Shown: positions 16,929 through 26,732 of the stretch, one piece after another
Layout of the letters: every line of letters starts with the position of its first letter
Position numbering within the stretch: position 1 is the first letter of the stretch
Origin: Candidatus Bipolaricaulia bacterium
Lineage (GTDB): Bacteria; Bipolaricaulota; Bipolaricaulia; JBHIAT01
Reading direction: 5' to 3'
Assembly: GCA_046758705.1 (NCBI GenBank)
Contig: JBHIAT010000027.1
Location: 1-29,161 of the forward strand
DNA length: 29,161 nt
Notes under the pieces: generated by a model
Databases searched by the model: none
What the model saw: the letters and a program-made list of their open reading frames with translations, nothing else
Told to the model about the DNA's origin: nothing
Position numbers and translations under genes: made by a program

Positions 16929-19214
16929 GTGGATTCGCTGATTGGCAAGAGCATACCGCGGGTTGACGGTGTCGACAAGGTGACCGGGCAGGCGATCTAC
17001 ACCGCCGATCTCAGGTTGCCCAACATGCTCTACGGCAAGGTGCTGAGAAGTCCCTATCCCCACGCCCGCATCCGAAACATCGATGTAAGCGGCGTGCTCA
17101 AGATCCCAGGCGCCGTCGCGGTGCTGACCGGCAAAGATCTGACGGAGATCGATCCCTTCTATGGACATGCGATCAAGGACCGTCCGATCGTCGCAATCGA
17201 CCGGGTGCGGTTTATCGGCGAACCGGTCGCGGCCGTGGCTGCAGAAAGCGAGGCGATCGCCGCAGATGCCCTCGATGCGATTCACGTTGAGTATGAGGAG
17301 CTGCCGGTGGTGGCAGACATCGAAGCGGCCTTGAAGGAAGGGATGCCTGCACTGCATGAAGACACCCCGCGCCGCCTCGGACTGTTTCACGGCTTGGGAG
17401 ATCTAGGCCCTCTGGAAGGCAACGTCTGTTATCGCTATGGGTTCTCCACGGGCGATGTAGACGAACTCTTTGCCGAAGCCACTCACGTGGTCGAAGCGGA
17501 GTACACCTTCCCGGCCGTCTACCAATATGCCATGGAAACCCATGCCGCCTTGGGGCACTACACCAACGAGAAGGTGACGATCTGGGCGAACTGCCAGCAT
17601 CCCCATATCATCCGGGCGGAGATCGCTGACATTTTCTCAATTCCGCTCTCGATCGTGCGCGTCATCGTCCCGTACATCGGCGGGGGATTCGGCAGCAAAT
17701 CTTACACCCGTCTGGAACCGCTTGCCGTAGCGCTGTCGATGAAAGTGGGATATCCGGTCCTCATCGTGAACACGGTCGAGGAAGCGATGGCCACCTCGCG
17801 CCGTCACGGAATGCGCTGTTGGATGAAAACAGCGGCAGACGGACACGGCCGTCTGTTGGCTCGACAATGCCGGCTATGGCTGGATACGGGCGCCTATGCC
17901 GATAACGGTCCGCGGGTGGTCGCAACCGCCGGCGATGCAGCGCCAGGGCCCTATCGCTGGCAGGCGGTGTCGATCGAGGCCGCCGGGGTGTACACCAACA
18001 CCTCACCGGCGGGATCGTACCGCGCGTTAGGCAACGCGCAGCTGCAATGGATCGGGGAAAATCAGGTGGATACACTCGCACGTCGCATCGGCATCGATCC
18101 GGTGGAGATGCGCCGGCAAAATTTGCTCAAGCCCGGTGAGGAGGTGCGTCCAGGAGCCAAACCGTTGGACGCTGATCTGATCGGCGATGTGACGAAAGCA
18201 GCGGAAGCCCTGGGCTGGGACAGCTCCACCCCCAAATCACCCGGGGTGGGCCGAGCGGTCAGCGTGGGACTGCTGGCTGCCGGAGCACATCCTGTGTCTA
18301 CCGCGCTGGTCCACATGCTCGCCGACGGGAGCGTCCTGGTGTTAGTGAGCACGACCGAGGTGGGCCAAGGGGCTCAAACGGTGATGACCCAGATCGTTGC
18401 CTCTGAGTTAGCGATCTCGCCGTCGCGAGTCCGGGTCGTCAACCCAGACACCGAGTTCTCGCCCTTTGATCGCTCGACCGGAGCCAGTCGGTCCACCACC
18501 ATCGCTGGTAAAGCACTGCAAAATGCGGCGGTGGATTTGCGAAACAAGCTGGTGAGCATGGCAGCACGATCATGGGACCAGCCGGAGTCAGCCGCCGAAG
18601 TCAAGGACGGTGGCATCTCTTTCGGCAATGAAGTGATTCCTTACGAAAAAATCATCGAGCGTTACTTCGGGATGGTCGGCGGTCAGGTGGTCGGTTTCGG
18701 TGAGGTTCACCCGAAAAAGGGCGATGACGGTTCGTTTGCAAAAGGTCCCGTCTTTTGGGAGGTCTGCGTCGGCGCTGCTGAAGTCGAGGCGGATCCCGAA
18801 ACGGGGCGGGTGCGTTTGAAGAAGCTGGTTGCGGTGGCTGACCTCGGACGTGCCATGAACAAAGCGTTGATCGAGGGACAGGAGCAAGGAGGCAGCTTAC
18901 AGGGCATGGGGAATGCGCTGATCGAAGAGATGGTCTTCGAAAACGGTCAACTGCTCAACCCGTCACTGCTCGACTACCGGGTTCCTCGGTGGGAGGACAT
19001 TCCAGAACAGTTTGCGTCCGTCCTGGTTGAGAACGAAGACGGGCCCGGCCCGTATGGAGCGAAAGGTATAGGAGAGGGATCTCAAGCCGCAGCGATCGGC
19101 GCGGTGGCCGGTGCGGTGGCGGACCTCGGCATCGAGGTCCGCCAGCTGCCGCTCACACCGGCGATGGTCTGGGCAGCTATGCAGGATAGACAACAGACCA
19201 AGGAAAAAACCTGA
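16929..19214 (+). CDS. Xanthine dehydrogenase-family molybdopterin-binding large subunit
   Basis: IGKSIPRVDG..KVTG, RSPYPHARI, GGGFGSK, EVGQG, TGASR, GAKGIGE (catalytic Glu). GTG at 16929 with GAGGAGG SD; alternative ATG at 16902. Confidence 0.9.
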   Translation: MDSLIGKSIPRVDGVDKVTGQAIYTADLRLPNMLYGKVLRSPYPHARIRNIDVSGVLKIPGAVAVLTGKDLTEIDPFYGHAIKDRPIVAIDRVRFIGEPVAAVAAESEAIAADALDAIHVEYEELPVVADIEAALKEGMPALHEDTPRRLGLFHGLGDLGPLEGNVCYRYGFSTGDVDELFAEATHVVEAEYTFPAVYQYAMETHAALGHYTNEKVTIWANCQHPHIIRAEIADIFSIPLSIVRVIVPYIGGGFGSKSYTRLEPLAVALSMKVGYPVLIVNTVEEAMATSRRHGMRCWMKTAADGHGRLLARQCRLWLDTGAYADNGPRVVATAGDAAPGPYRWQAVSIEAAGVYTNTSPAGSYRALGNAQLQWIGENQVDTLARRIGIDPVEMRRQNLLKPGEEVRPGAKPLDADLIGDVTKAAEALGWDSSTPKSPGVGRAVSVGLLAAGAHPVSTALVHMLADGSVLVLVSTTEVGQGAQTVMTQIVASELAISPSRVRVVNPDTEFSPFDRSTGASRSTTIAGKALQNAAVDLRNKLVSMAARSWDQPESAAEVKDGGISFGNEVIPYEKIIERYFGMVGGQVVGFGEVHPKKGDDGSFAKGPVFWEVCVGAAEVEADPETGRVRLKKLVAVADLGRAMNKALIEGQEQGGSLQGMGNALIEEMVFENGQLLNPSLLDYRVPRWEDIPEQFASVLVENEDGPGPYGAKGIGEGSQAAAIGAVAGAVADLGIEVRQLPLTPAMVWAAMQDRQQTKEKT

Positions 19215-19224
19215 ACAACAGACG

Positions 19225-20778
19225 ATGAGCAATCGATTGAAGCAGGACCGTGATGCCCTGATCCAGATGCGTAGGATCACGAAGCGATTTCCCGGCGTCG
19301 TCGCCAATGACGAGATCGATTTGGATCTGTACTCCGGGGAGATTCACACGTTGCTCGGGGAGAACGGGGCGGGGAAGACGACGCTGCTGAATATCCTTTC
19401 CGGGATGCATCAGCCGGATGAAGGGACGATCACCATTCGGGACCGCGAGGTGCGGTTCAAATCGCCCCACGACGCCCTGAGCCACGGGATCGGCACCGTC
19501 TATCAGCACTTCACTCTCGTGCCCAATCTCTCTGTGATCGAGAATGTGATCCTGGGGGCCAACAACGGTTTCTTCCTCGATTTGCGCCGTGCGGAGGGAC
19601 AAATCCGAGAGATGCTGGAGAAACTCGACCTGGACATCGATCCCCAACTTCAGGTCCAGTATCTGTCCCTGGGACAACAGCAGCGGGTCGAGATCATCAA
19701 GGTGCTGTTCAGGGAGCCCGAGACCCTTCTGCTGGATGAACCGACTTCGGTCCTGACGCCCGGTGAGATTCGAGAACTGTTCAGAATGGTGAAGCAGCTG
19801 AAAGCCGAGGGGAAGAACGTGGTGTTCATTACACACAAGTTACAAGAAGCCCTGGAGATCAGCGACCGCATCACGATCCTGCGCAATGGCCGACACATCG
19901 AAACCTTGGGACCGGAGACACTGGCCACCGAAGACCGGGAGGCCGTTTCAAATCGGATCGTGAAGTTGATGTTTGGCGGGGTGCCCCCTCAGGAATCGTC
20001 ATCGCGCTCCCGAGAAGACAGCCGGGAGCCGGTCCTGTCGTTGGAGCACATCACCATCATCGGGTCGCGGGGCGTGCCAGCTGTGCGTGATCTCTCACTG
20101 GATCTGCATACTGGCGAGATCTTCGGGATCGCCGGCGTGGGAGGGAGCGGTCAAAAGGAGTTGGGCGAGGCCATCGCCGGCCAATCCCCGGTCATCAACG
20201 GGCGTGTGCGCATCGAGGAGGTCGACATCACCAATAAGGGCGTTCCCTTCGCTATGGATCGGAGGATCGCCTACATCACCGACGACCGTATCGAGGAAGG
20301 GACCGTCTCCGACCTGAGCGTGGCAGAGAACGCTGTCATGCGGATCATTGACCGGGAGCCGATGTCCCGTTGGTCCATATTAAACTGGCAGGCGATTTTG
20401 GATCACGCAATGCAGCTGATCCACGGATTTAACATCAAGGTCGGTGGACCCAAGGTGCGGACGGGCACGCTCTCCGGAGGGAACATCCAGAAATTGTTGC
20501 TGTCCCGAGAACTGTCCAGGAAGCCCAAAGTGCTCGTCTGCAATGAGCCCACCCATGGCCTCGATATCAAGACCGCTCATTTTGTCCGGCAAACGCTTCG
20601 GGAACAGGCCGATCGCGGAACGGCCATCCTGCTGATCTCCTCCGATCTCGATGAGATCCTCGAAATGAGCGACCGTATCGGGGTGATGTACAACGGTCAG
20701 TTGCTGGCCGTCCTCCCAGCGACTGAGGCCGATCGCGAGACCATCGGTCGCTTGATCCTGGGGAAACGGTCATCATGA
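19225..20778 (+). CDS. ABC transporter ATP-binding protein (nucleoside/CUT2 type; putative B6 uptake)
   Basis: FPGVVAND, GENGAGKT, two NBDs, LSGGNIQK. Confidence 0.92.
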   Translation: MSNRLKQDRDALIQMRRITKRFPGVVANDEIDLDLYSGEIHTLLGENGAGKTTLLNILSGMHQPDEGTITIRDREVRFKSPHDALSHGIGTVYQHFTLVPNLSVIENVILGANNGFFLDLRRAEGQIREMLEKLDLDIDPQLQVQYLSLGQQQRVEIIKVLFREPETLLLDEPTSVLTPGEIRELFRMVKQLKAEGKNVVFITHKLQEALEISDRITILRNGRHIETLGPETLATEDREAVSNRIVKLMFGGVPPQESSSRSREDSREPVLSLEHITIIGSRGVPAVRDLSLDLHTGEIFGIAGVGGSGQKELGEAIAGQSPVINGRVRIEEVDITNKGVPFAMDRRIAYITDDRIEEGTVSDLSVAENAVMRIIDREPMSRWSILNWQAILDHAMQLIHGFNIKVGGPKVRTGTLSGGNIQKLLLSRELSRKPKVLVCNEPTHGLDIKTAHFVRQTLREQADRGTAILLISSDLDEILEMSDRIGVMYNGQLLAVLPATEADRETIGRLILGKRSS

Positions 20779-21833
20779 GCACAAGCACGAGCGAAAAAAC
20801 CTGGGTAAGACACCTGAGGCCATCGGTCAACCTGGTGCTGACCATCTTCGGCGCGTTCGTGGTCGGTGGACTGCTGCTGTGGAGCTTAGGAATCGATCCG
20901 ATCGAAGCTTATCGGATGCTGTTTGTCAGAGGATTAGGGACCAATCTCGGTGTCACCGAGACCCTGATCAAGATGACGCCCTTGCTCATGGTGAGTGCCG
21001 GACTGCTGATCGCGTTGTCAGCCGGGGTGTGGAATATCGGCCTTGACGGTCAGTTTCTCATCGGTGCCATCTTCGTCGGGGTCACCGCCCCGGCGGTCAA
21101 TGCAGCTTTGCCCCTGGTCCCCTCGCTGCTGATCCTGGGGCTCATCGGCTTCTTGGGCGGTGCGACCTGGGCCATCATCCCGGCTGTACTTAAAATTCGC
21201 TACGGACTCAATGAGATCATCACCACCATTATGATGAACTTCGTCGCCATCAATCTCACCGCCTGGTTGGTGAAGGGGCCATTCAAGGATCGCTCGGTGA
21301 TCCCGCCACAGACGCCGGTGATCCCTCTGGAGGACCGTCTCCCGGCGGTTTGGGGCAGAGTCCACATCGGCCTGATCGTCGGTGCGGTCGTGGTGATCGC
21401 CGTCTACCTGCTGATGCGTAACACCACGGTGGGATGGAAGATGTCGGTCGTCGGCAAGAGCGTCAAAGCGGCCGTCCATGCCGGTATTCCTGTGGCACGC
21501 ATCACGACGATCGCTTTTCTGCTCAGCGCGGGTCTCGCCGGCCTGGCCGGTGCGAACGATGTCCTGAGTGTCAAAGGGATGTTCCAGGGTGAGTGGAACC
21601 CGGCATACGGCTTCACCGCGTTCGCTTTGGTCTTCTTGGCACGCTTTAATGCAGTTCTGATCATTGTGCTGGCTTACTTCTTCTCGTTCCTGATTCTCGG
21701 GGGTGAGTTGATATCGCGTCCACTGCGCATCCCCGTGTTCTTTGTCGAGGTCCTGGAGGGATTGATGCTGATCCTGTTTGCGGCCAGCGAGTACCTGGAG
21801 CGGAGGCGAACGCGGAGGCGGAGGCCGATCTGA
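20775..21833 (+). CDS. ABC transporter permease 1
   Basis: Hydrophobic; WNIGLDGQ, NEIITTIMMN motifs. Confidence 0.9.
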   Translation: MSTSTSEKTWVRHLRPSVNLVLTIFGAFVVGGLLLWSLGIDPIEAYRMLFVRGLGTNLGVTETLIKMTPLLMVSAGLLIALSAGVWNIGLDGQFLIGAIFVGVTAPAVNAALPLVPSLLILGLIGFLGGATWAIIPAVLKIRYGLNEIITTIMMNFVAINLTAWLVKGPFKDRSVIPPQTPVIPLEDRLPAVWGRVHIGLIVGAVVVIAVYLLMRNTTVGWKMSVVGKSVKAAVHAGIPVARITTIAFLLSAGLAGLAGANDVLSVKGMFQGEWNPAYGFTAFALVFLARFNAVLIIVLAYFFSFLILGGELISRPLRIPVFFVEVLEGLMLILFAASEYLERRRTRRRRPI

Positions 21834-21834
21834 T

Positions 21835-22758
21835 ATGGAAGTGTTTGTGACCGTGTTGTTAAGCTCAGGGTTGCGTTCTTCCATCACGTTGCTGCTTGCG
21901 GCGCTCGGCGAAACTTACAACGAGAAAGCCGGGCTCCTCAATCTGGGCATTGAGGGTATGATCCTGAACGGGGCGTTTGGTGGGTTCTACGTCGCATTCA
22001 ACACAGGAAGCGTCTTCTTGGGCTTTGTCGCCGGCTTGGTGGTGGGCATTATCTCCGGTCTGATCTTCGGTTACCTCGCGATTACGCTCAAGCTCAACCA
22101 GGTCGTCGTGGGAATTGGATTCACCATCTTCGCTACCGGGATTACCAGCTTCCTGTTTCGCTACTTCTACGGTCGACGCTTTCCCACGTTGGACCTGGGG
22201 AATAAAACGCTCGAAATCCCGCTACTCAGCAAGATTCCCGTCCTCGGTCCGATGCTGTTCGACCAGCATCTGGTCGTCTACTTGGCACTGTTGATGGTCC
22301 CCGTATTTCATCTGGTGATGACACGAACCTCCTTCGGGCTCAACGTCAAAGCCGTCGGCGAAAGCCCTGTCGCTGCCGACGCCTCCGGGGTCAACGTCGT
22401 TCGGATCCGATACGCGGTCAGCGCCATTGCGGGCGCGACGGCCGGTTTGGGCGGGGCATTTCTCTCTATCGGCGACCTGTCGTTCTTTTTGCCGGGGATG
22501 ACCCAGGGAATAGGTTTCATCGCCATTGCGATTGCCATGCTCGGCCGGTGGGCCCCGTATCGGGTTTTTATCGGAGCGTTTCTGTTCGGGTTGGTGCAAT
22601 CTCTCGATGCCGGATTGCAGACCCAAGGCATCCCCGTCCGACCGGAGTTCATTCATATGTTACCATACATCGGCGTTATCGTTGCCCTGGTGTTCCTGGC
22701 GCGCAACGCGAGATTGCCAGCAGCGCTGGCCCTGCCCTATGAACGGGGGAGGCAGTAA
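21835..22758 (+). CDS. ABC transporter permease 2
   Basis: LLAALGE...KAGLLNLGIEG, AVGESP.AADASGVNV, MLPY motifs. Confidence 0.9.
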   Translation: MEVFVTVLLSSGLRSSITLLLAALGETYNEKAGLLNLGIEGMILNGAFGGFYVAFNTGSVFLGFVAGLVVGIISGLIFGYLAITLKLNQVVVGIGFTIFATGITSFLFRYFYGRRFPTLDLGNKTLEIPLLSKIPVLGPMLFDQHLVVYLALLMVPVFHLVMTRTSFGLNVKAVGESPVAADASGVNVVRIRYAVSAIAGATAGLGGAFLSIGDLSFFLPGMTQGIGFIAIAIAMLGRWAPYRVFIGAFLFGLVQSLDAGLQTQGIPVRPEFIHMLPYIGVIVALVFLARNARLPAALALPYERGRQ

Positions 22759-22844
22759 TGCAGACAGAGACAGGCAAGGAGGTGATCACCGTTCACAGCA
22801 CCCGAGCTTAACAGGCTAAATCGAAACCCAAAAACTAAAGAGGG

Positions 22845-23918
22845 GTGTCAGTGATGAACAGATTCAAAGTCGGTCTGTTGGTGTTGCTAGGCGTATTTCT
22901 GCTTGGCCTGTTGCCCAACTTAGATCTAGCTGAGCAGCTGGTCTGGAGTCAACAGAAGCTAAAGGTCGGTGTGGTGGTACCGGCAAGCCGCTTCGATCAA
23001 GGCTGGAACCAGGCGGCTCCCGATTCGATAGAGAGCATTGCAGACGAGCTTGGCTTGGAGGTAGAGATCGCCGAGCAGGCCGGGTACGGCGACATCTCAC
23101 CGATCCTCAGAGATTGGGCGTTCCGAGGATTCGACATAGTCATCTGTCACGCCAGCGGTTACCAGACCGTCTGCCCCGAGGTGGCTCAACAAACGGGACT
23201 TAAGGTAGTGATCGTCGAGAACATGCCGGCGGTCACACCGAATCTGGTCGCAGACTATGAGACCCAGGCCCAGGAGGGCGCTTACCTGGCAGGCGTTCTG
23301 GCCGGTATGATCACCCGCACCAACACGGTCGGGGTGGTCGTCTCGGCAGAGCCCCCCACCTGGAACTTCATGACGGTGGGATTTGCCGAAGGAGTCCACT
23401 CGGTGAATCCGAGCGCCAGGCTCCTCTACAACGTCATCGGTGACGCGGCCTACGAAGATGCGGCGGGGGCCAAGCGCAATACCGAGGCTCAGATCGCCGC
23501 TGGGGCTGACGTCGTCTTCGGTCAAGGAGATGGAGCGACGTTTGGCATGCTGCAAGCCGTTCAGGAGAACGAGGCCACTGATGGTGGCAAGGTGTGGTTC
23601 ATCGACGTGATCGGAGACAAGCGGACCATCGATCCGACCAACTCGATCCTGACTTCGGTGCTGTTCGATTACTCAGGGATCTTCTCCGCAATGGTCAACA
23701 ACATTCGCGACGGCACCTTCGGAAAGATCCACACCATGACCGTCCAGAACGGTGGTGTGCGATTGCTTGCACCGCCTGCGACCATCTCCGTGGAGGCACG
23801 TACCGCGCTCGCTCAGGCGGAAGCAGATCTATTGACCGGTCGGGTCGTGGTCTCAGCGATCGGTAATGTGGCAGGTCTGAGAGCGCGGCTCGAGGAACTC
23901 TTCCCAGACTCATTCTAA
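22845..23918 (+). CDS. BMP-family ABC substrate-binding protein (putative B6 vitamer binding)
   Basis: Signal-like N-terminus; DQGWNQ, EGAYLAGVLAG, GADVVF motifs. Start is 22845 or 22854. Confidence 0.88.
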   Translation: MSVMNRFKVGLLVLLGVFLLGLLPNLDLAEQLVWSQQKLKVGVVVPASRFDQGWNQAAPDSIESIADELGLEVEIAEQAGYGDISPILRDWAFRGFDIVICHASGYQTVCPEVAQQTGLKVVIVENMPAVTPNLVADYETQAQEGAYLAGVLAGMITRTNTVGVVVSAEPPTWNFMTVGFAEGVHSVNPSARLLYNVIGDAAYEDAAGAKRNTEAQIAAGADVVFGQGDGATFGMLQAVQENEATDGGKVWFIDVIGDKRTIDPTNSILTSVLFDYSGIFSAMVNNIRDGTFGKIHTMTVQNGGVRLLAPPATISVEARTALAQAEADLLTGRVVVSAIGNVAGLRARLEELFPDSF

Positions 23919-23929
23919 CTAACTCGGAT

Positions 23930-23971
23930 GGGTCCCGTTTCTCCGGGATCGTCCCGGAGGAACGGGGACCC
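23930..23971 (+). other. Strong GC-rich intergenic hairpin without a U-tract
   Basis: GGGTCCCGTTTCTCCGGGA-TCG-TCCCGGAGGAACGGGGACCC (one bulge, one G-U pair). Confidence 0.75.
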
Positions 23972-23997
23972 TCACGGCAAAGGGGTGAGGTAAAACG

Positions 23998-25167
23998 ATG
24001 CAGTGGCCAATCATGAATTTCGCCGCGGGACCGGTCGCGGTGACGGAGCGCACACTGAGGGATCAAGCCCGCCCTGTTCTCTATCACTATGATCCGGCAT
24101 TTCTGGAGTTTTTTGAGAGGACGGCGTCCCTGCTGCAGCAGGTGTATCGCACCGAATACGACGTGGTCATCATGCAAGGAGAAGCGGTCCTGGGTCTGGA
24201 GGCGACAGCTGCCTCCCTCATCTCGCCCGGAGATAAGGTGCTGAATTTGGTCTCCGGTGTGTTCGGCAAGTGGTACGAGCTGTATATCACCAAATACGGC
24301 GGTGAGACGGTGGAACTGGCGGTTCCCTATAATGATGCGATCGATCCCGATGATGTTCGAGCCGCGCTGAAGCGTGACCCGGAGATCAAATATCTGTCGG
24401 TTGTCCATTCGGAGACTCCCTCCGGTACGATCAACCCGGTCAAAGAGATCGGTGCCATTGCCCGGGAACACGATGTGCTTACCATCGTGGACACCGTTTC
24501 CGGTCTAGGCGGAGAACTCCTCAGCCCTGAGGAATGGAACATCGATGTCGCCGTGGCCGGCCCGCAGAAATGCCTCGGAGGGCCACCGGGGCTGTCACTG
24601 ATGGCGATCAGCCCCACAGCGTGGAACGCCATGGAGTCGCGAGACGACCCGCTGCGCGGTTCGTATCTATCGATCCTCGATTGGAAAGCGGCATGGATCG
24701 AGGAGCATCGCTTCCCCTACACGCCGTCGGTGAGCGACATCTATGCACTAGAGTCTGTGCTTTCACAGGTTCTAGAGGTGGGTCTGGAGAGTTACGTGGC
24801 ACGACACGAGGCGATCGCTCAGGCCTGTCGTGAGGGAGTCAAGGCACTGGGTCTGGAACTGTGGGCGGCACGCGAGGAGATCGCCGGGACTGCGGTAACC
24901 GCGGTCAAAATACCCAATGAGCTGACCGATGAGCAACTGCGGGGTCATCTGCGCGAGCACTATGGCGTGATGGTCTCCGGTGGATACGGAGAATTGGCCG
25001 GCAAGCTGTTTCGCCTGGGACACATGGGGAAGGTGGCACACCCGACGTACTTGGCGGCTCAGCTAGGTGTGTTGGAACGGACGCTGGCCGACCTGGGCAT
25101 GCCCGTGGAGTTCGGCACAGGTGTGGGAACTGCCATGGCTGCGTTAAGCGACTGGAAAAATTTATGA
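23998..25167 (+). CDS. ppaT: Pyridoxamine-pyruvate aminotransferase (class V fold)
   Basis: AGPV, VLYHYDPAF, GE.VLGLEA.AASLISP, VPYNDAIDP, TPSGTINP, GPQKCLG.PPGL and FP.TPSVS closely match my recollection of Mesorhizobium loti PPAT. Confidence 0.85.
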   Translation: MQWPIMNFAAGPVAVTERTLRDQARPVLYHYDPAFLEFFERTASLLQQVYRTEYDVVIMQGEAVLGLEATAASLISPGDKVLNLVSGVFGKWYELYITKYGGETVELAVPYNDAIDPDDVRAALKRDPEIKYLSVVHSETPSGTINPVKEIGAIAREHDVLTIVDTVSGLGGELLSPEEWNIDVAVAGPQKCLGGPPGLSLMAISPTAWNAMESRDDPLRGSYLSILDWKAAWIEEHRFPYTPSVSDIYALESVLSQVLEVGLESYVARHEAIAQACREGVKALGLELWAAREEIAGTAVTAVKIPNELTDEQLRGHLREHYGVMVSGGYGELAGKLFRLGHMGKVAHPTYLAAQLGVLERTLADLGMPVEFGTGVGTAMAALSDWKNL

Positions 25168-25189
25168 GAAAGGAAGGAAAGCAAAAAAA

Positions 25190-25933
25190 ATGCCGATCAG
25201 TGTGAAGGATCGTGTTGTCATTGTCACCGGCGGGGTCGGCGAGTTGGGATCGGTCATCGCTCGGCGCCTCGTAGAAGAGGGAGCCAAGGTCGTACTCGCC
25301 GATATACAGGATGGAGCTGCCCTTGAAGCTGAGCTCCAGAAGATCGGCACGGCCAAGTACGTCGAAACGGACGTCGGTGACGAAGGATCCACCCTTAACA
25401 TGGCCGCGGTCACGCAGGAGACCTTCGGCCGGATCGACGTGCTGATCAACAACGCCGGGATCTACACCGGAAAGCCCTTCGAAGAGATTACGCTGGAAGA
25501 CTGGCGGGAACGAATGCGCGTCAACCTGGACGGGGCATTCCTGTGTGTCAAAGCCGTGCTTCCGGCGATGAAAGCGCAACAAGCCGGGCGCATCATCAAC
25601 ATTGGCTCGGACACCGTCTGGATGGGCACACCGGGGCTGGCCCACTATGTCGCCAGCAAAGGCGGATTGCTGGGATTGACCCGTGCCCTGGCTACCGAAC
25701 TGGGACCGCTGGGGATCAAGACCGTGTGGATCTCCCCGACGTTGTTCGACACGCCGGGAACCCGACAAGCCTTTCTTCAAGAACACTTCGACTACGTCCT
25801 CAGCCATACCCCGATTGGCAAGTTCGAAACACCCGAGGACGTAGCCGGACTGGTGACCTTCCTGTGCTCCGATGAAGCCGAGTTCATCAACGGCTCAGCC
25901 ATTAACATCGGCGGGGGGATCAGCATGCATTAA
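25190..25933 (+). CDS. SDR oxidoreductase, pyridoxal 4-dehydrogenase-like
   Basis: TGGxxxLG, NNAG, YVASK motifs. GTP..AHYVASKGG..G.TRALATELG resembles pyridoxal 4-dehydrogenase; adjacent to ppaT. Confidence 0.75.
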   Translation: MPISVKDRVVIVTGGVGELGSVIARRLVEEGAKVVLADIQDGAALEAELQKIGTAKYVETDVGDEGSTLNMAAVTQETFGRIDVLINNAGIYTGKPFEEITLEDWRERMRVNLDGAFLCVKAVLPAMKAQQAGRIINIGSDTVWMGTPGLAHYVASKGGLLGLTRALATELGPLGIKTVWISPTLFDTPGTRQAFLQEHFDYVLSHTPIGKFETPEDVAGLVTFLCSDEAEFINGSAINIGGGISMH

Positions 25934-25965
25934 CCCAAATCTAAATCTAAGGCAGGTGATCCATC

Positions 25966-26712
25966 ATATCTATCAAGGTCTATCTGTTGGACGGTGGAAG
26001 CCTATTGCTCGACCAGTCATTCCTCACTTGGAACCACGGGATAGGCACTGCAAAGCGCATTCCCGTCTTCTCCGTGTTCATCGACCATCCCGAGGCCAAG
26101 GTGCTGTTCGACACCGGATTTGACCTGGAGCAAACCCAGAAGGATCTACCGTTCGAAGAGCCGTTGCAGACGGAGGAACAGACGATCGCCGCCCAGTTGG
26201 ACAAGATCGGGGTGCAGTCAAGCGATATCGACATCCTGGTCAACAGCCACCTCCACTTCGACCACTGCGGCGCCAACAAGCTGTTCCCCGACGTTGAGAA
26301 CATCATTAACAAGTGGGAGCTTCGCGAAGCGTTTGTTCCAGAGCCTTTCGAGCGTCTCGGCTACAACCGCATACACTTTGACTTTCCGGATCGAAATTAC
26401 CGGCTGATCGAGGGAGACTACGGGGTGCTGCCTGGCATTCAGCTCATATTCACGCCTGGGCATACGGTGGGACACTACTCCTTGTTGGTGGAGCTCGACT
26501 CGGGACCGCTGCTTTATGTCTCAGACGCCGCATGGGGTCCGGAAAACCTCGAGCACAACCATCCGATGGGACTGCACCACGATCCGTTGGCGATGCTGAA
26601 GTCGTTCCAACGGTTGAGGCAGATCATCGCAACTCGCAAGCCGATCGTGCTCTATCCTCACGATTTCGAGCAGTACGAGACGTACAAGAAAACGCCGGAT
26701 TTCTATGAATAA
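25966..26712 (+). CDS. 4-pyridoxolactonase (metallo-beta-lactamase fold, AHL-lactonase-like)
   Basis: KVYLLDGGSL.LD, LPFE.P.Q, VNSHLHFDHCG.NK, PFE.LGY, TPGH..GHYSLLVE. The expected start position 25966 is ATA. Confidence 0.85.
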   Translation: MSIKVYLLDGGSLLLDQSFLTWNHGIGTAKRIPVFSVFIDHPEAKVLFDTGFDLEQTQKDLPFEEPLQTEEQTIAAQLDKIGVQSSDIDILVNSHLHFDHCGANKLFPDVENIINKWELREAFVPEPFERLGYNRIHFDFPDRNYRLIEGDYGVLPGIQLIFTPGHTVGHYSLLVELDSGPLLYVSDAAWGPENLEHNHPMGLHHDPLAMLKSFQRLRQIIATRKPIVLYPHDFEQYETYKKTPDFYE

Positions 26713-26732
26713 CCGCAGCAGAAAGGGGAAAC

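Noticed and set aside
22775-22795. Orphan SD AAGGAGGTGA upstream of the binding-protein gene
   Set aside because: No start codon at a usable distance; cannot support a small ORF or riboswitch from the sequence alone.
25966-26712. Quorum-quenching AHL lactonase or beta-lactamase
   Set aside because: Same fold, but the motifs and neighbours point to 4-pyridoxolactonase.
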